Assembly: GCF_964355755.1 (NCBI RefSeq)
Contig: NC_092672.1
Location: forward strand, 30,138,437 to 30,202,436
Source: Antedon mediterranea
Lineage: Eukaryota; Animalia; Echinodermata
Direction of reading: 5' to 3'
DNA: 64,000 bases
The notes below the pieces were generated by a model. The model ran no database searches. It was not told the DNA's origin and saw nothing but the letters and a program-made list of their open reading frames with translations. This document shows, one piece after another, positions 1 through 13,500 of this stretch. The stretch's first letter is position 1. Each line of letters starts with the position of its first letter. The translations under genes were made by a program, and so were the position numbers.

Positions 1-264
1 GATCAATATAAATTTTTTGCCCGCACCTGGCCTTTAACAACAATTTTAATTTTAGAAGAGAATTTTTTTTTTATCCAATGGATCAACAAAAACAAATTTC
101 TCTTCTATGATATTAGGATACAGATGAATTTTGATTATATATTTTGATTATATATGGTAGAATTAAAAAATTAATAAAATAAAGCTGTGACACGCGACAT
201 ATTTGTTGATAACACTGCAGTTTATTTGGGAAACTACTGTTCTTTATACACGTTGGTCTATCTT

Positions 265-385
265 AAACAAGGCCAACAGCCATAAGTCGCGTGCTAAACG
301 CATAGTGATACCGGACCGACAGACAGACCGACAGACCGACCGACCGACATAGTGAACTATAGAGTCACGTCCACGCAACTAAAAA
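265..385 (-). mobile_element. Short Helentron-associated (HINE/DINE-1-like) element, family 1
   Basis: AAACAAGGCCAACAGCC..AGTCGCGTG, a (GACA/GACC)n microsatellite, then AGTCACGTCCACGCAACTAAAA. This is the subterminal inverted repeat, hairpin and microsatellite layout of HINEs. Related copies at 1814-1947, ~3838-3885 and 38748-38807. Confidence 0.65.
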
Positions 386-1514
386 TGTATACTGTACTGG
401 GCCTAAATGTGTGAGAAAATTGTGTATTCAAAAAATAAATTGTCACAATTCTGGGAAGAATCCTTTCACAAAACTTAATTGCAATACATCTATATTTGTC
501 TGCATGATGGTGTAAGTGGAAGTGACTGACCTTGGCAATGGTGGAAATGATTTCATACAACAACCACAGTAACATTGATTTAATAAGTATCCGTGTACTG
601 TATTAATAAATCATATTATTATTATCATAACGGAAATGACATTATCATCTACAAAGTAGTTTAGTCAAAAAGGTCAATGACCTTTTGTTAAACAATTGAG
701 ATAATAATTCCCTGTAGGAAATCAATCGGTAAAACATGTGTCTTCTTTTATTGTTTTGAGATATATTATTGTTAGGCCTATATTGTTTATACCACAAGTA
801 GGCCTAGTTATATAGGCCTATATATTATTACTCAGATCTTATCTCTCTCTCTCTTGGCACTTTGATCAAGAACTAGTCTGCAAACAGTAGTGTTTTACGA
901 CAAATAATTGTGTAACGATATATAATACACTGTCTTCGTTGTGTACTAAAGGATTTGAAACTTTCAAGTAATGAGGTGTGTGAAGTTTCATGTTGGTGAT
1001 CATCAGATGACATTATTAGCTCCCTGACTGAGCAATTGTGGGAAGCAGGCAACTTTCGACATGAGGCATCAGGTGGCCATCAGTGACTTGTGGTCATGTA
1101 GTTACAACAAAATTGTTTCTTTATACGCATTTTGAAATTATGAGAGCTTTCGTTTTCACGTGCCATGTTGCAGCTCAAATAAAATTCCATTCTTCGCATG
1201 CTCAAACAAAAATGGGCATGAGCATAATTACTTTTGATTTTATTAATCCATTACAAAATCTAGAAAGCTTTTATTGTGGACAACAGTGACCCCAATTTCC
1301 CTTTATGAACATCCCCCTTCCACCACCTGTACAAAGCTACAGCTATAATGGACATATTTCACCAACCTTATATTGTAATTGAGTGGCGCATCTTGAACAC
1401 GTAAACTCTATAATTGTCGGGAAATCCAATAATAATAATAAGGTTAATCATAAATAATCAATTATAATTATAATTATAAACCAATGTTCCTTTTATATTT
1501 TTTTCTGATCTAGA

Positions 1515-4500
1515 ATGATGTTCTTAATCTTACATTTTCTAACTACATTATGCATTACGTCATTGGTTGACGGTGCCTTCGTCTTAAACCCAATATCAAC
1601 AGTGTACCTACATTACGATCTCCCGAACCTATTTAGATTCGATCGAGGCGCTGCCGAAATTAGTGCGTTTGATCCAGATACCAAATATGTCTATACAGTG
1701 GGTAAGTCAACAATGCTAAATTACAATAACATATGTTCCATATTTAAAAAAATAATAATATGGCTAAACGCCATGGCACATTTAAAGCTTACTTCTAAGC
1801 TTAAGTCTTCAGTAAAACAAGGCCAACAGCCATTAAGTCGCATGCTACAATGCATAATGATACCGGACCGACAGACAGACCGACAGACAGACCGACAGAC
1901 AGACCAACCGACATAGTGAACTATAGTCACGTCCACGCTACTAAAAAGGCATAATTTTGACGAATTTTTTAACTTTTTCATCAAAAACGTGCGCAAATTA
2001 TCCAATTCGTCGTGCTCGTATGACGTAATTTTAAGTCGAAATTGTTTAAAAGATGGTAACATTATTAGAAAAGGCTGCAAAAACATAAATCACGCGAAAA
2101 AAAGTAAGTATTTAACGATACGTGCGCACCACGCGCGTAAAAATTTGCGCGCGTATGGGAATTTTTGACATGCTCAAAATGACAAGAAACGCGTAGAAAG
2201 TTGATTAAAAATGAATTTTACGCATTTTAAAATTTTAAATGCGCGTGCGCGCTTAACTTTGTGGCTTTGTGACTCATGGAAATTTTGTAAACGCTTAAAA
2301 TTGCCTGAAACGTACTCTTATTTCATCGAAAATAAATTTTGAAAATTTTAAGCGCGCGTACGCATGCGTTACATGCGCTACGCACGCACCACGCGCGTAA
2401 AAATTTGCGCGCGTATGGGAATTTTTGACATGCTCAAAATGACAAGAAACGCGTAGAAAGTTGATTAAAAATGAATTTTGCGCATTTTAAAATTTTAAAT
2501 GAGCGTGCGCGCGTAACTTTGTGGCTTTGTGACTCATGGCAATTTTGTAAACGCTTAAAATTGCCTGAAACGTACTCTTATTTCATCGAAAATAAATTTT
2601 GAAAATTTTAAGCGCGCGTACGCATGCGTTACATGCGCTGCGCACGTAATTGTATTGCCATATGATGATTTATGCCCTGAAATTTATGAGTACCAAATTT
2701 ATTTAATTGTGATTCATGGTTGTGAAGATATGATTACAAACGTGATTTCGTTAAATCGTACGTAGACCGCGTAATTTTTTATTGCGCACCGTGAAAACAT
2801 AACCACATCGATTCCTGGCCATAAGGAATATACTGTGAAAAATTGACTTAGCTAGATTAAACTGATATCAAGATAAGGTCAGAAAGCGATAAAACAATAT
2901 GTGAAGTTCACAACAAGAAAACCCCGCCTAATGTTCAAGATCAATTAAACGAACTATCACAATGGACCAAAGACAATAATATGATAATTAATATTGAAAA
3001 AACTAACTTTATGAACATTTCTTTTGCCAAATCTCAACCCATTGTTAAATCATTTACGATAAATAATATAAAAATAACCAATGTTGAATGCTTAAAGTTA
3101 CTTGGGGTTCAGATCACTAATGATCTGAAATGGAATATGCATATCCACGATGTTGTTATGTTGACATGTTTAAAAAGATTTGGAATGCCTTGTAACCATC
3201 TGCGTCAAATGTATATTAGCCACATACGACCTGTAACTGAATATGCGTGTCCGGTATGGCACTCTGCCTTAACCATAGCACAATCCATGGAGCTTGAATC
3301 TATACACAGAAACGCGCATGTAGAATAATTCTCGGACAAAAATATGCATCCTATGATCAAGCAATTAAACTACTTAATCTTAAATTTTTAGATCAAAGAA
3401 GAGAAGATATATTCTTCTTGATTTTGCTAAAAATCTTAACAAAATCGTCCCTAACGCACTTCCTAAATTGAGAGGCGAAACGTGTGGCAGGATACTTAGG
3501 AATGCTAAGAAGCAAAGTGAAATATATGGCAATACTAAAAGATTCAACAACTCATGTTTCCCAGCACTGTGTAGACTAATTAATAAACCAAAATAAACAC
3601 AACAATAATAATAATAATAATAAGTAATAAGTACTTTCATCAGTTTCTTCCATGTGTAATATCTCCTTTTTAAAAATATTTTTTTTTTTAAACTTTTTAA
3701 CTTTTTAATGTTGTAAATGTTGATGTTTGAAAGCTTGTACCAATTTTATATGTAAATCTCTCGCAATTCAGTTTTATTTTATATATACTGCAAAGAGAAA
3801 TATTGAATAAAAGCAGAATGAATGAATGAATGATTTGAAAACGCATAGTGATACCGGACCGACAGACAGACCGACAGACCGATGGAGGTCTTTCCCGTTC
3901 CACGAAAAAAGCCAAACATTCAGCAGGAGCTGTGATATTCTAATTCTACACCATAAATAAACTATTAATAATAATTTATAGTTCTGAAATATGTATTATT
4001 TCTATTAAAGGTGTCATCTTCATTTTTTAAAAGGGTTACCGGTACTTATTAACAGCGCCGCCAACTAGTGTTTACCGGAGTATTATGCGTACTCTCTAAA
4101 TCTTGTGTACAGACAGTCCCAGTCCGTTACTAATAATATAAAATGTCAGTCAATTCATCATGCAGTCATGCTATCATCAAAATAAATACGGAACGCAACT
4201 TGGTGGCAGTAAAAGGTCCGGTGACCGTACCAATAAGACAAATTGCATCATCATGTGTCATCACTTAGCAACAACTTAACGAATTCCTGGATTCTGTTTG
4301 TTTTCATAATATCCGAAGCATCTACAAGATTTGTTGTCCAAATAATTGCACATTTATTAAGAATCTACAGGTGTGGTTAAGAGACAAACAACCTCTTCGT
4401 AACGTCGGGTTAATATTGCATAAAGGCCAATTTACACTAGGGCGATAACGATCGACGATAAATAGGCTACATACATGTTTCATACCTGAAACAAAGGAAA

Positions 4501-7500
4501 TCTAAAAAGTTTTCATCCTAGAACTATAGGATAACCATCTATGCTGCCTTTGATGAAAAAATACAGATCCAATCAAATGACGTCATGATTGGTAAGAGTA
4601 ATAATATCGTGACAATACAACGATTTAAAGACAGCATGAATGATTATCATAAGTTCTAGAACAAAAATGTCTAATTTATTTTGTTTTATGCAAGAAAAAT
4701 GTATGTTTATCTATTTATCGTCGATCGTAAATGGGCCTTTATAGGCAAATTTACAGAAGAGCGGTAGAATCGGTAACGGCAAGCGGAAAATAGAAAATAT
4801 AGAATCTATGACATCTATGATGATGATTTACACGGAGCCGGTGGACGGTTGAGCGGAAAGCCTCTCAGTATAGATACAGATTCTTCTACGTGGGACAAGC
4901 ACGAGGTTACCGTTCGCTTAAATACAGTATTCCTCCAATATGACAAGCGACAACTTGATTGATCCATGTGATTTGTTTATTTTATTTTATTTTTTATTTT
5001 ATGTCTTTAGGCAATGTGGCCAAGGATTACCAATAGTGAATTAATCACTGTCCTATCAGATAGGTGGTAATCCCCCTGATACAGGGGCTATTGTGTGAAC
5101 CAGTTCACCGGGGTAACCCCCTACTCTTTTTCGAATAATGAACTGGGTTCTTTAAAGTACACACAGGTTATAACTGTGTACACTGGACCTACGGTTTATA
5201 GTCCTTATCCGAGAAGACTTGTTCCACCACCAGAACTAGGAGCGAGTCGGCCTCGAACCCTTGCCGATGTTGTTATTGGCTCTTTAGGTACGGTAAACGG
5301 CGCCCCTGCCTTAACCGCTAGGCCATATGACTCGCTCGTGCCAAATTACGTGTTAAATTACTTTCGCAAACAATTATTATTAATTATTATTAAAAATTAT
5401 CATCCTTGAACTAAAGGATAACCTGTCTTCAATAAAAAAAAAAAAAAAAATTACAAATCTGATATAATGACGTCATGATCAATACGGACAATAAAATCGT
5501 TGCATCGTAACGATATTATTGCTTTTACCATGGTGGTGAATAACTTATTTCTCTATGTTCTTCACTGATCAACATGACGTCATTTGATTGGATTTTTACC
5601 ATTTTATTTTCATAAAAGAGAGTATGGTTATTCTAGTTCTAGGAAGAAAAATATTTCTAATCTAATTTATTTTGTTTTCTTTAGAAAAATGTTTACTTTA
5701 TCTATTTACTTACCGCGTCTGTCTAAACGAGCCTTTAGCGAAACGCCGGTAATTTAACCAATCACGACGCGATTGATCATCATCCATCGCAACGTCCTAG
5801 TGGAAACCAAGCTTTATTAATATAAGACCTCCATCGTGAACATTGTACTTGGCACAAAAATGACCAAACGGTTGAAAGACTGTTCAAATAACCTTTTCAT
5901 TATAAATTCGTTCGTAAGAAAATGCTAGGCCTACAGTACAAATAAGTTGAGGCTCAATATATAGTCTCCTTTAGTTTTTTTATTATGAAACTTTCTACAC
6001 TTTATACAGTTTTAAATGTGTAAATTCTCTATTCTATTATAAAAATTACTATTATTTTAAATGTACATTATATGATTTCTGCAATTAATTAGTTTGATGG
6101 CGACAATTTTGGTGTGCGTGAAACTCCATCTATAGGCCTAATGACAACTACTGGGTGATCTAAAAGAATAAAACAGGGAAAATTATAAATATTGTGGGTA
6201 TTAATAACATTGGTCGGTCAATTAAAATAATGGTCAGTGTCGAAAATCAATTAAAATCAATTGGATTCAATAAATATGTAATCGATTCAATTATTCATTT
6301 CAACAGTATTGATAACAGTATTGATAAGGTGATGATACTCCGTCATATCAATGTTATTCTATATGTAATTAGTTATTCGTTTGCCCGACAAACATTGTTT
6401 TTAATGTTCTTTTTTGTTGGCACTTCAACGAATTGTGAATTTCTCCGTTCCCCTTCTGCCGAGAAAACATCCACTTTGTAATCATTTATGTTTAAAATTT
6501 GATTTTTTTATTCTTTTCCTACTTTTCAACACTTAAAAAAAAATAATAGGTAGGCCTATACGCTTAAAAAATACAAATATAAATTTAAAAGATTAAAAAA
6601 TATTCAGCATCGTTAAACATATTTTTTTAATAGTGTTCGATTTTATTACGTAATGTTTATTTATCTTAACAAATGAATGAATTATATAATCAAATATAAA
6701 ACTAGAATCTTCTTTACCTGTATTTGTCTGTAGCGTCGGCTTTACTTCTTTGTCCGTTCCTTCCAATTTAATTGTAATTTTTGTGTTATCTACGGATGAT
6801 TCTTCTAAGAGAAATAGAAAACGGACACATTAACATAGGCCTACATTCTTACGCGTGCGTCCACGAGGACATATTTATTTTCACTGCTAGAACTGAATTT
6901 AATTATTCTTTAAATAGCAAAAGGCTTCAAACTGTGCGGTTTCTTTGACGGTAATGATAACCTCCACTAAGGGATGTAATCCAAAAAACTTCTAACGCAT
7001 AATATTATATAAATATATCTAATTTCAAATCAATTTACAAAACTTCCTCTTCAAATATAATGATTTGCTTTTTGGACAGTTGAGATTTATTAAAAATTAG
7101 ACCTTCCTAAATTCGTTTTTGCCATTTAAATTAAAATGACATTTTTACAGTATGAATTGTGCTAAATTGTCAATAAAGAATTATCTAACTCAACTTAATT
7201 AGTAAACAGGATTTAATTTGGGGATAAAAATCATTACTGAACGTGTGTGTATAAACTTTCTAAATGATTGAGAGTAAATTGGACAGCATGTAGGAGTTAC
7301 GCACGATTGAATACTAGAATGTGAATACTAGCCTATAAGATACCTACTCAATAGCAAACTAAACTGGTTAAAATGTAATGGTATAACTACAATTATAAGC
7401 ATCATATAATAATATGTCTTAAAAACTTCTTGTTTTTATAATACACAAAGAGATATTCTACTTGTAAGCGCTAACTCAATTATTGAGGATATCTTAGCCA

Positions 7501-10500
7501 AGGATTTTTCTTTAACATTTAATTTTACATTTGTAAGTGAAATTTAAATTTTTGGTTCCGATCTTCTTTCGAATAGTGAAAATGCTTTATTATTTTATTA
7601 TGTACAACAATTTCTTGTTAATTCTGGAAGATTTGATTGATGTTTCTGTTAGTTGTTTTAAAATATTGTATTTGTTAATCTGAGGCGCCTTGAAGCTAAG
7701 GTGGTTCCATCTTGTAAGGCGCCTCTGTGTAATATACTGAATAAAAAAAAAAAAAAAAAAAATCTTCTTGATAAAACTTACCTTTATCGTACGGTTTTGG
7801 TCTGAGAGGTCCGGCCATACTAACAGCCACGATCATCAGAATAACCAGCAAAACACCAAGAGTGCATAGCAACAAATTCACTTTTTGTCTCTGTTTAAAA
7901 GTTTTCTTATTTTTTTCTTCAATCTCTTTTCCAATTTCTTTTACAATCTCTTCCATTTTTTCCACATCCTTGGAGGTTCCCGGTGATGAATCCATGATTT
8001 TTTTTCCTGAGGTATGAGGCAGGTGGTTGTGTCCGTCTATGCAGTGGAAGATGTTATGAGCGGATCTTCTTTCCAACTTAAGAATTTATACGACGTGTTT
8101 AAGTTGTATCATAAACATGTTAGGCCCCTTATGATCCGGCACGCACGACAGTGGTTTAAGGAGCAAGTCAGTGTGTTTACGAAAATGTTAGACAAGCAAC
8201 AAAAAAAGTCCGGCTAATTGCATTCATTTGAAAACAACCGCCGACAATTAACTGAAAGTTGACTATATATCTACATTTTGTTATCAAATTATGATATATG
8301 AAATGCATAACGGTATGAATTGAATGTATGAGGCCGTTTGACTCAAATGCATTAATAGGCCTGAAGTTGGTGGTATCTTAAACATACGCGCACATAATCA
8401 TATAAAACATGACGTTACCGGTTCGAATCAAATCGAGACAATCTTCTAACAACACAAATGAAATGTTAGTTAGGCCTTATATTTTATTCTGGATTCAATT
8501 TTGATAAGGAAAAGGGGAACCTTTTTTAAAAATTAATTTGTTGTTTTATCCATGATGAAACGGTCTCATGTGAGTCCCGTTCTGCGATAACATTTGCCTA
8601 TAATGCATTGCCTATACTTTTACAATGAATTACAATTACAACATTTAATCACGTTATGAAATACGTTTACCTTATAAAGCATGTTATTACAGAGAAATAA
8701 TAAATTAAACCTTTGCAAAAATATCGATTAATCAAAATACTGTATAACATCCGCCCTCTACAATAATCAAACTTTGTTACAATAATACTAATAAACTTTC
8801 ACAGAAAATATAAAGTTTGTTTACTACTACCCATGGGGCATCCGCATTCTAAAGACAAAATTAATGATAACTAAAACGTAATCGACCATTTCCATTTTGG
8901 TATTTCATTTGTTCATTCTCAATTTAAATGTTTTTTAATTACTTTCCTTCGGCAGTGAAGTAAACGTCTTTGTAAAAAGCAAATGGACAGTTGATATGAA
9001 ATTAGTACAGCCGGCCGGCCGGCCAAGTACAGCATTCAATCAAAAGTTGGACTTCGGACCCGCGCGCTTAAACTTATCTGTATTTGATAGACTTTAGACG
9101 CGCACGTACTCTTGGATTGTTGGCAATTTAAATAATTAAAACACTAAAGTTAAATAATTGATGGCATGGTATTTTACTGAGCATTGCAGGGTAAAAGTCG
9201 TTATATTTTATGCAGTCGTGGAGTAAAACGAATTATTGACAATAAAAATCACGGATGTTTTTGTCGTGGTTGTCGCAAATTGTTGAATAGGCCTACTGAT
9301 AATCGTAAATGTTTTTATAACTGTACTAAGAACATGTGACGGATAAAATGACGTTTTAATGAACATGATGGAATTTAAAATGTTTCATTTGTCCCCAGTG
9401 TTGAATGATGATACTTTGGTAAACATGCTGTGGTCAGACAAACCATAAAAAGATAACTGTTTGTATAAACCATTCATGATACAAAAAGCAAGCATCTTAA
9501 AACAATAATAACAATAATGACAATAATATCGGCAAAACAATACTCTTGTAATTAATTCATTCATTTTACTTTTATTTATTTATTATAAGTTATAGACATA
9601 ATAATACGTTTTTAAGCAAAGTACGACTTCAGAAAATAACTAAAAGAAAAGAAAATAAATAGAATAAATAAAAAAGTTTAAACAAAAAATTTAAAAAGTG
9701 GCCTAAAAAGCTGGAGAAGGCAAGTCATGGACATGATGGAAAAATGAGGTGGGAAAAAATCAAGCAAAGAAGGGGTAGCGTGTTACCGATGAATAAAATG
9801 TACATAAGGTTCTGCTGGAAATAATACAGTTTAAACTATTAAACAACACAAGACACCTGCATTCATGGGGTAAACCAGTAAATTTTATCCCTGTCTTTAA
9901 CAAAACAGAAGGGATAGTTTTAATAGTAAAAACCCACATAAAACTACACATAATGTTCTGAAAAGTCGGTAGGCTTACAAAAACTCATAACTTTTATAAA
10001 GAGCCCTTTAAGTTCTCCAAACAAACGATCCGGCAACGTTAAAACGAATTTGAAAGTATATAACAACATCTTTATCTAAGCTTTGTCTACACTATCAAAC
10101 TTTATGTGTCAAAAAAATGTGATGTGCCCATATATGGACATGATGATGTCATATCACTACCATATTTAAGCATAGCACTACCATATATAGGCTTAAGATT
10201 ACACAAAACAAGAGAAGAAAGAAGAAGAAAAACCTGTTTTTGATTGCAACTTATTTCTCTCATAAGATCAAAAGTTCGAAAGATCCATTTTCCTGTTAGA
10301 GACTCACATAAATATTTAAATGTTATCTGCTGTAGATTATTTCTCCAATGCTTATAGTTATAAAGCAAAATAATCAAACAAGTATCTGCCTGTCAAACTT
10401 TACTATGTGTGAAATACTAGCTATTTGAGTGATGTATTTGACCCGTAGAAATAAAATTTCACCTATGGACGATCGCCAGGCCGATGCTAGTTTACACTCA

Positions 10501-13500
10501 TCCCTCATCACTGATCGTAAGAGCTGCACGGACGAACTTAAAACGCATGTAGGCGGTGAGAAAGTTTGCAGAATTATAAGCAAATAGGTATACAGTATAT
10601 CGCATCTGAAAATGAATTGCATATGGCTTAATCGTTTTCCATTTACCGCCGGCAATAAAGTGTGTAGTTTTCTTTGTATATTATCTCTCTTGGGTTGTAA
10701 ACAAAATGCCCGTCTGTAGTTAGAACACTAAACACTACAACATAAAGCATATCAAGGGACAATGTAGAATTACTAATGTTATAATAATTATACAAATAAT
10801 GAATGGGGAGAATTTTCATGAACAATTAATCGGCTTCTTCAATCTTAAATCCGATTTCAAAGGCTAGTTCATTCAAAAAGGCAGTCTAGAAATTTGAATA
10901 GATGCAGGCAACAGCAGGCACCAGTTTCTCGCTCTCAAAAGGTTTACTATGTGTCAGTTAAATTACTAAATGCATAAAACGCAACGTAACTATGCGTGTG
11001 AGTTGACCAATCTCACAAGAGAAAATGCGTTCTTGTGGAAACTACTAAGCTTTACGGTGGTCACGTTTTTCTTTGCGTTGCATCCAATGGAAACCAACCT
11101 TTAATGTCTCATTGTAATGTTCTTCGTTTACGAGGATGACATATTTCAATGGTAAAATAACAAGTGAAAGGTAAAAGTCATTTGTGGCGAACATTCAAAC
11201 TTTCAAGTCACATTACTAACGAGATTCGAATCCATCATTCTTAACGGTACAACTGACATTAGTTGCGTATGATTAGGAGACGCCTAACCTCAACGAGTTT
11301 TTCGCGATTCTTCAATCGGTTTGGAAACATGAATATGTTTTCTTTTTGTTTACTTGCTTGTTCTTAGATTAAAAAGGTTCTATTACACGTTCAGCTTTGT
11401 GATTGGTAAACTCACTTTACGTTGCGCCTACGTTGTTAGGTTGGCTCCAAGTGGGAACCAATCATTTAATAATTTGACCAATCATGACGCGAAGAGTCAT
11501 TCGAACTGACTTTTGTGATTGTGATTGGTCAACTTACATGCGTTGTGCCTAGTTCGTTACGTAAGTGGGAACCAAGCTTAAAGGGACTAAGCAGTAAGAT
11601 GAACGTCCTCTTCGATTATCTCTGAAATGGGTCCGTTTGTTGATAATTTGAAGATTTACAACCCCCGTAGTAATAACATGCAGTAAATAATACCGTTGAT
11701 TTGTAACTCTTTGTACCTCATTGGTAGTAAATAAAACCATTGATTTCAATACCTCGTTTATCAATTGTATACGATGATGCTTTCAAGGCTATTGAACCTG
11801 TGCATTACTGGGGTATCTTTTCCATCAAGTGAAAGAATCTAAACATACGGAGAAATATATACTCTCTATAAATAAAGAACAAGTCGAGGCTGCAACTAAT
11901 TTTCCATATAAAGACAAAAAAAACAAGAAATAAATATCTTGGTTAGTGGACTTGAACACCTTCGGGATAAATCTTCGTTTATAAAGACCAATTTACACAA
12001 ATGAGCGGTAACGGTAAGCTGAAACGCGCGTAGCTTGTCCCACTTCAAATCTGTATCTGTCCAGCGGAAACCGCCCGTCTGCTCCGCGTTGTGTGTACAG
12101 TAATTGGTCATAAGCTTGGTTCCCACTAGAACGTAACGCAAGGACGTAAACGCAACGCAAGCGTTTTAACCAATGACAAGCGAAGTTATAAACAGTTAGC
12201 AATCACAAGCGAATAAGCCATCGCTTGTGATTGGTCAATTCACTTGCGTTGCGTTACGTCCTTGTGTTGCGTCGCTAGTGGGAACCACGCTTAAGGAAAA
12301 ACATAGATTCTATAAATTGGCCTTTAATGCTATCCTTACATAGTGATCTGCCGCAGTGTTGAAACTTGTATACCCTTCATTCGTTTCACAGGAGGAACGT
12401 GTCCACAGGTGTGTCTGTCACCTGAGTAAGTATGTCCCCTAAAGAGAGTTACAAATGGTTACAAGATATTGTTTCATCGTTCGTTTCGCTGGAAAGTGTC
12501 CCTCTGTTAGGGGTGTCCCCTGAATGGGTGTTCTCTGAATGTATCCCCCCACCCCCTTTTTATTAAACTAGTGTTTGCCTGCATTTTAAGTATTAAATTT
12601 GTATAAATATTACATTGCTACACATTGTACTTTTGTAGGCGACAAACTTTTCCAAGTTGTTGATTTCTCCACACCACCGAAGGCGTCGATAATATACACA
12701 ACAACACTAACTGGTAAAGGTACCCACATTGAGTTATGCAATGAATATGCAGCCGTTGCTATGAAGGCTTCTTCAGACAATCCGTCAGAACCAGGGAACG
12801 TTGCAATATTTAGTCTCTCTCTTGCCTCTCAGCTTATTATTGAACAGTATAACGATGTAGAAGGTTAGTTCTAAGAAATCCTTTACATAATAATATGAAG
12901 ATCAAAGCAATCTAACAACACGACACTGAGCTCGTCTTGCAAAAACAGTCCTTTGATCTAATTTCTGCAATAAATTCCAACAGTACTGTACTATATTTTC
13001 TGCGGCGCGCGCGGCGTTTGTCAACGGACGTGAGACTGGTCGTGTCGCAGCCACAGATAAACCCTTTGATACCCAGAGCTCAGCATTTTGTTGTTAGATT
13101 GCATTAGTATGACTAAAGGATTATGGTAAGTTTAACGGTACCATACTAACAAAATTGGTATTCATGTTTTTGTTTATGTAAATGAAGTGTTAGTAGACAT
13201 TGATATGCAAATCTGTCATAGCAAAAAGTCATAGATAACATTGCATTGAGACATTACATTGAGATAAAGAGAAATGATTTGATAAAATAAAGCTTAATTT
13301 CACGTCTGAAAACGGCACTATTTCGACTTGCAGTTTGATAATCCAGGACCTATACAATTTCTGAAAACGAAAGTAGACTAAACATAAACAATTTTGTTGA
13401 GATCTATCTTGCATCATTAATAATCAAAGTTCCTTAAAATGATGGATTTAATAATTTATGTTTACAGTTGGGCCTGAACCATCGATGCTTACGTTCACCG

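Noticed and set aside
1419-1428. GGGAAATCCA NF-kB-like site upstream of the MSP130-like ATG
   Set aside because: It is a single imperfect match with no conservation evidence, and the ATG exon is preceded by a splice acceptor, so the true promoter is probably elsewhere.
5095-5409. 104-aa ORF or possible tRNA gene
   Set aside because: It lies in a reverse-oriented SINE. The tRNA-like head has A and B boxes but I see no full cloverleaf. The same applies to ~31950-32030, ~56620-56680 and ~61610-61665.
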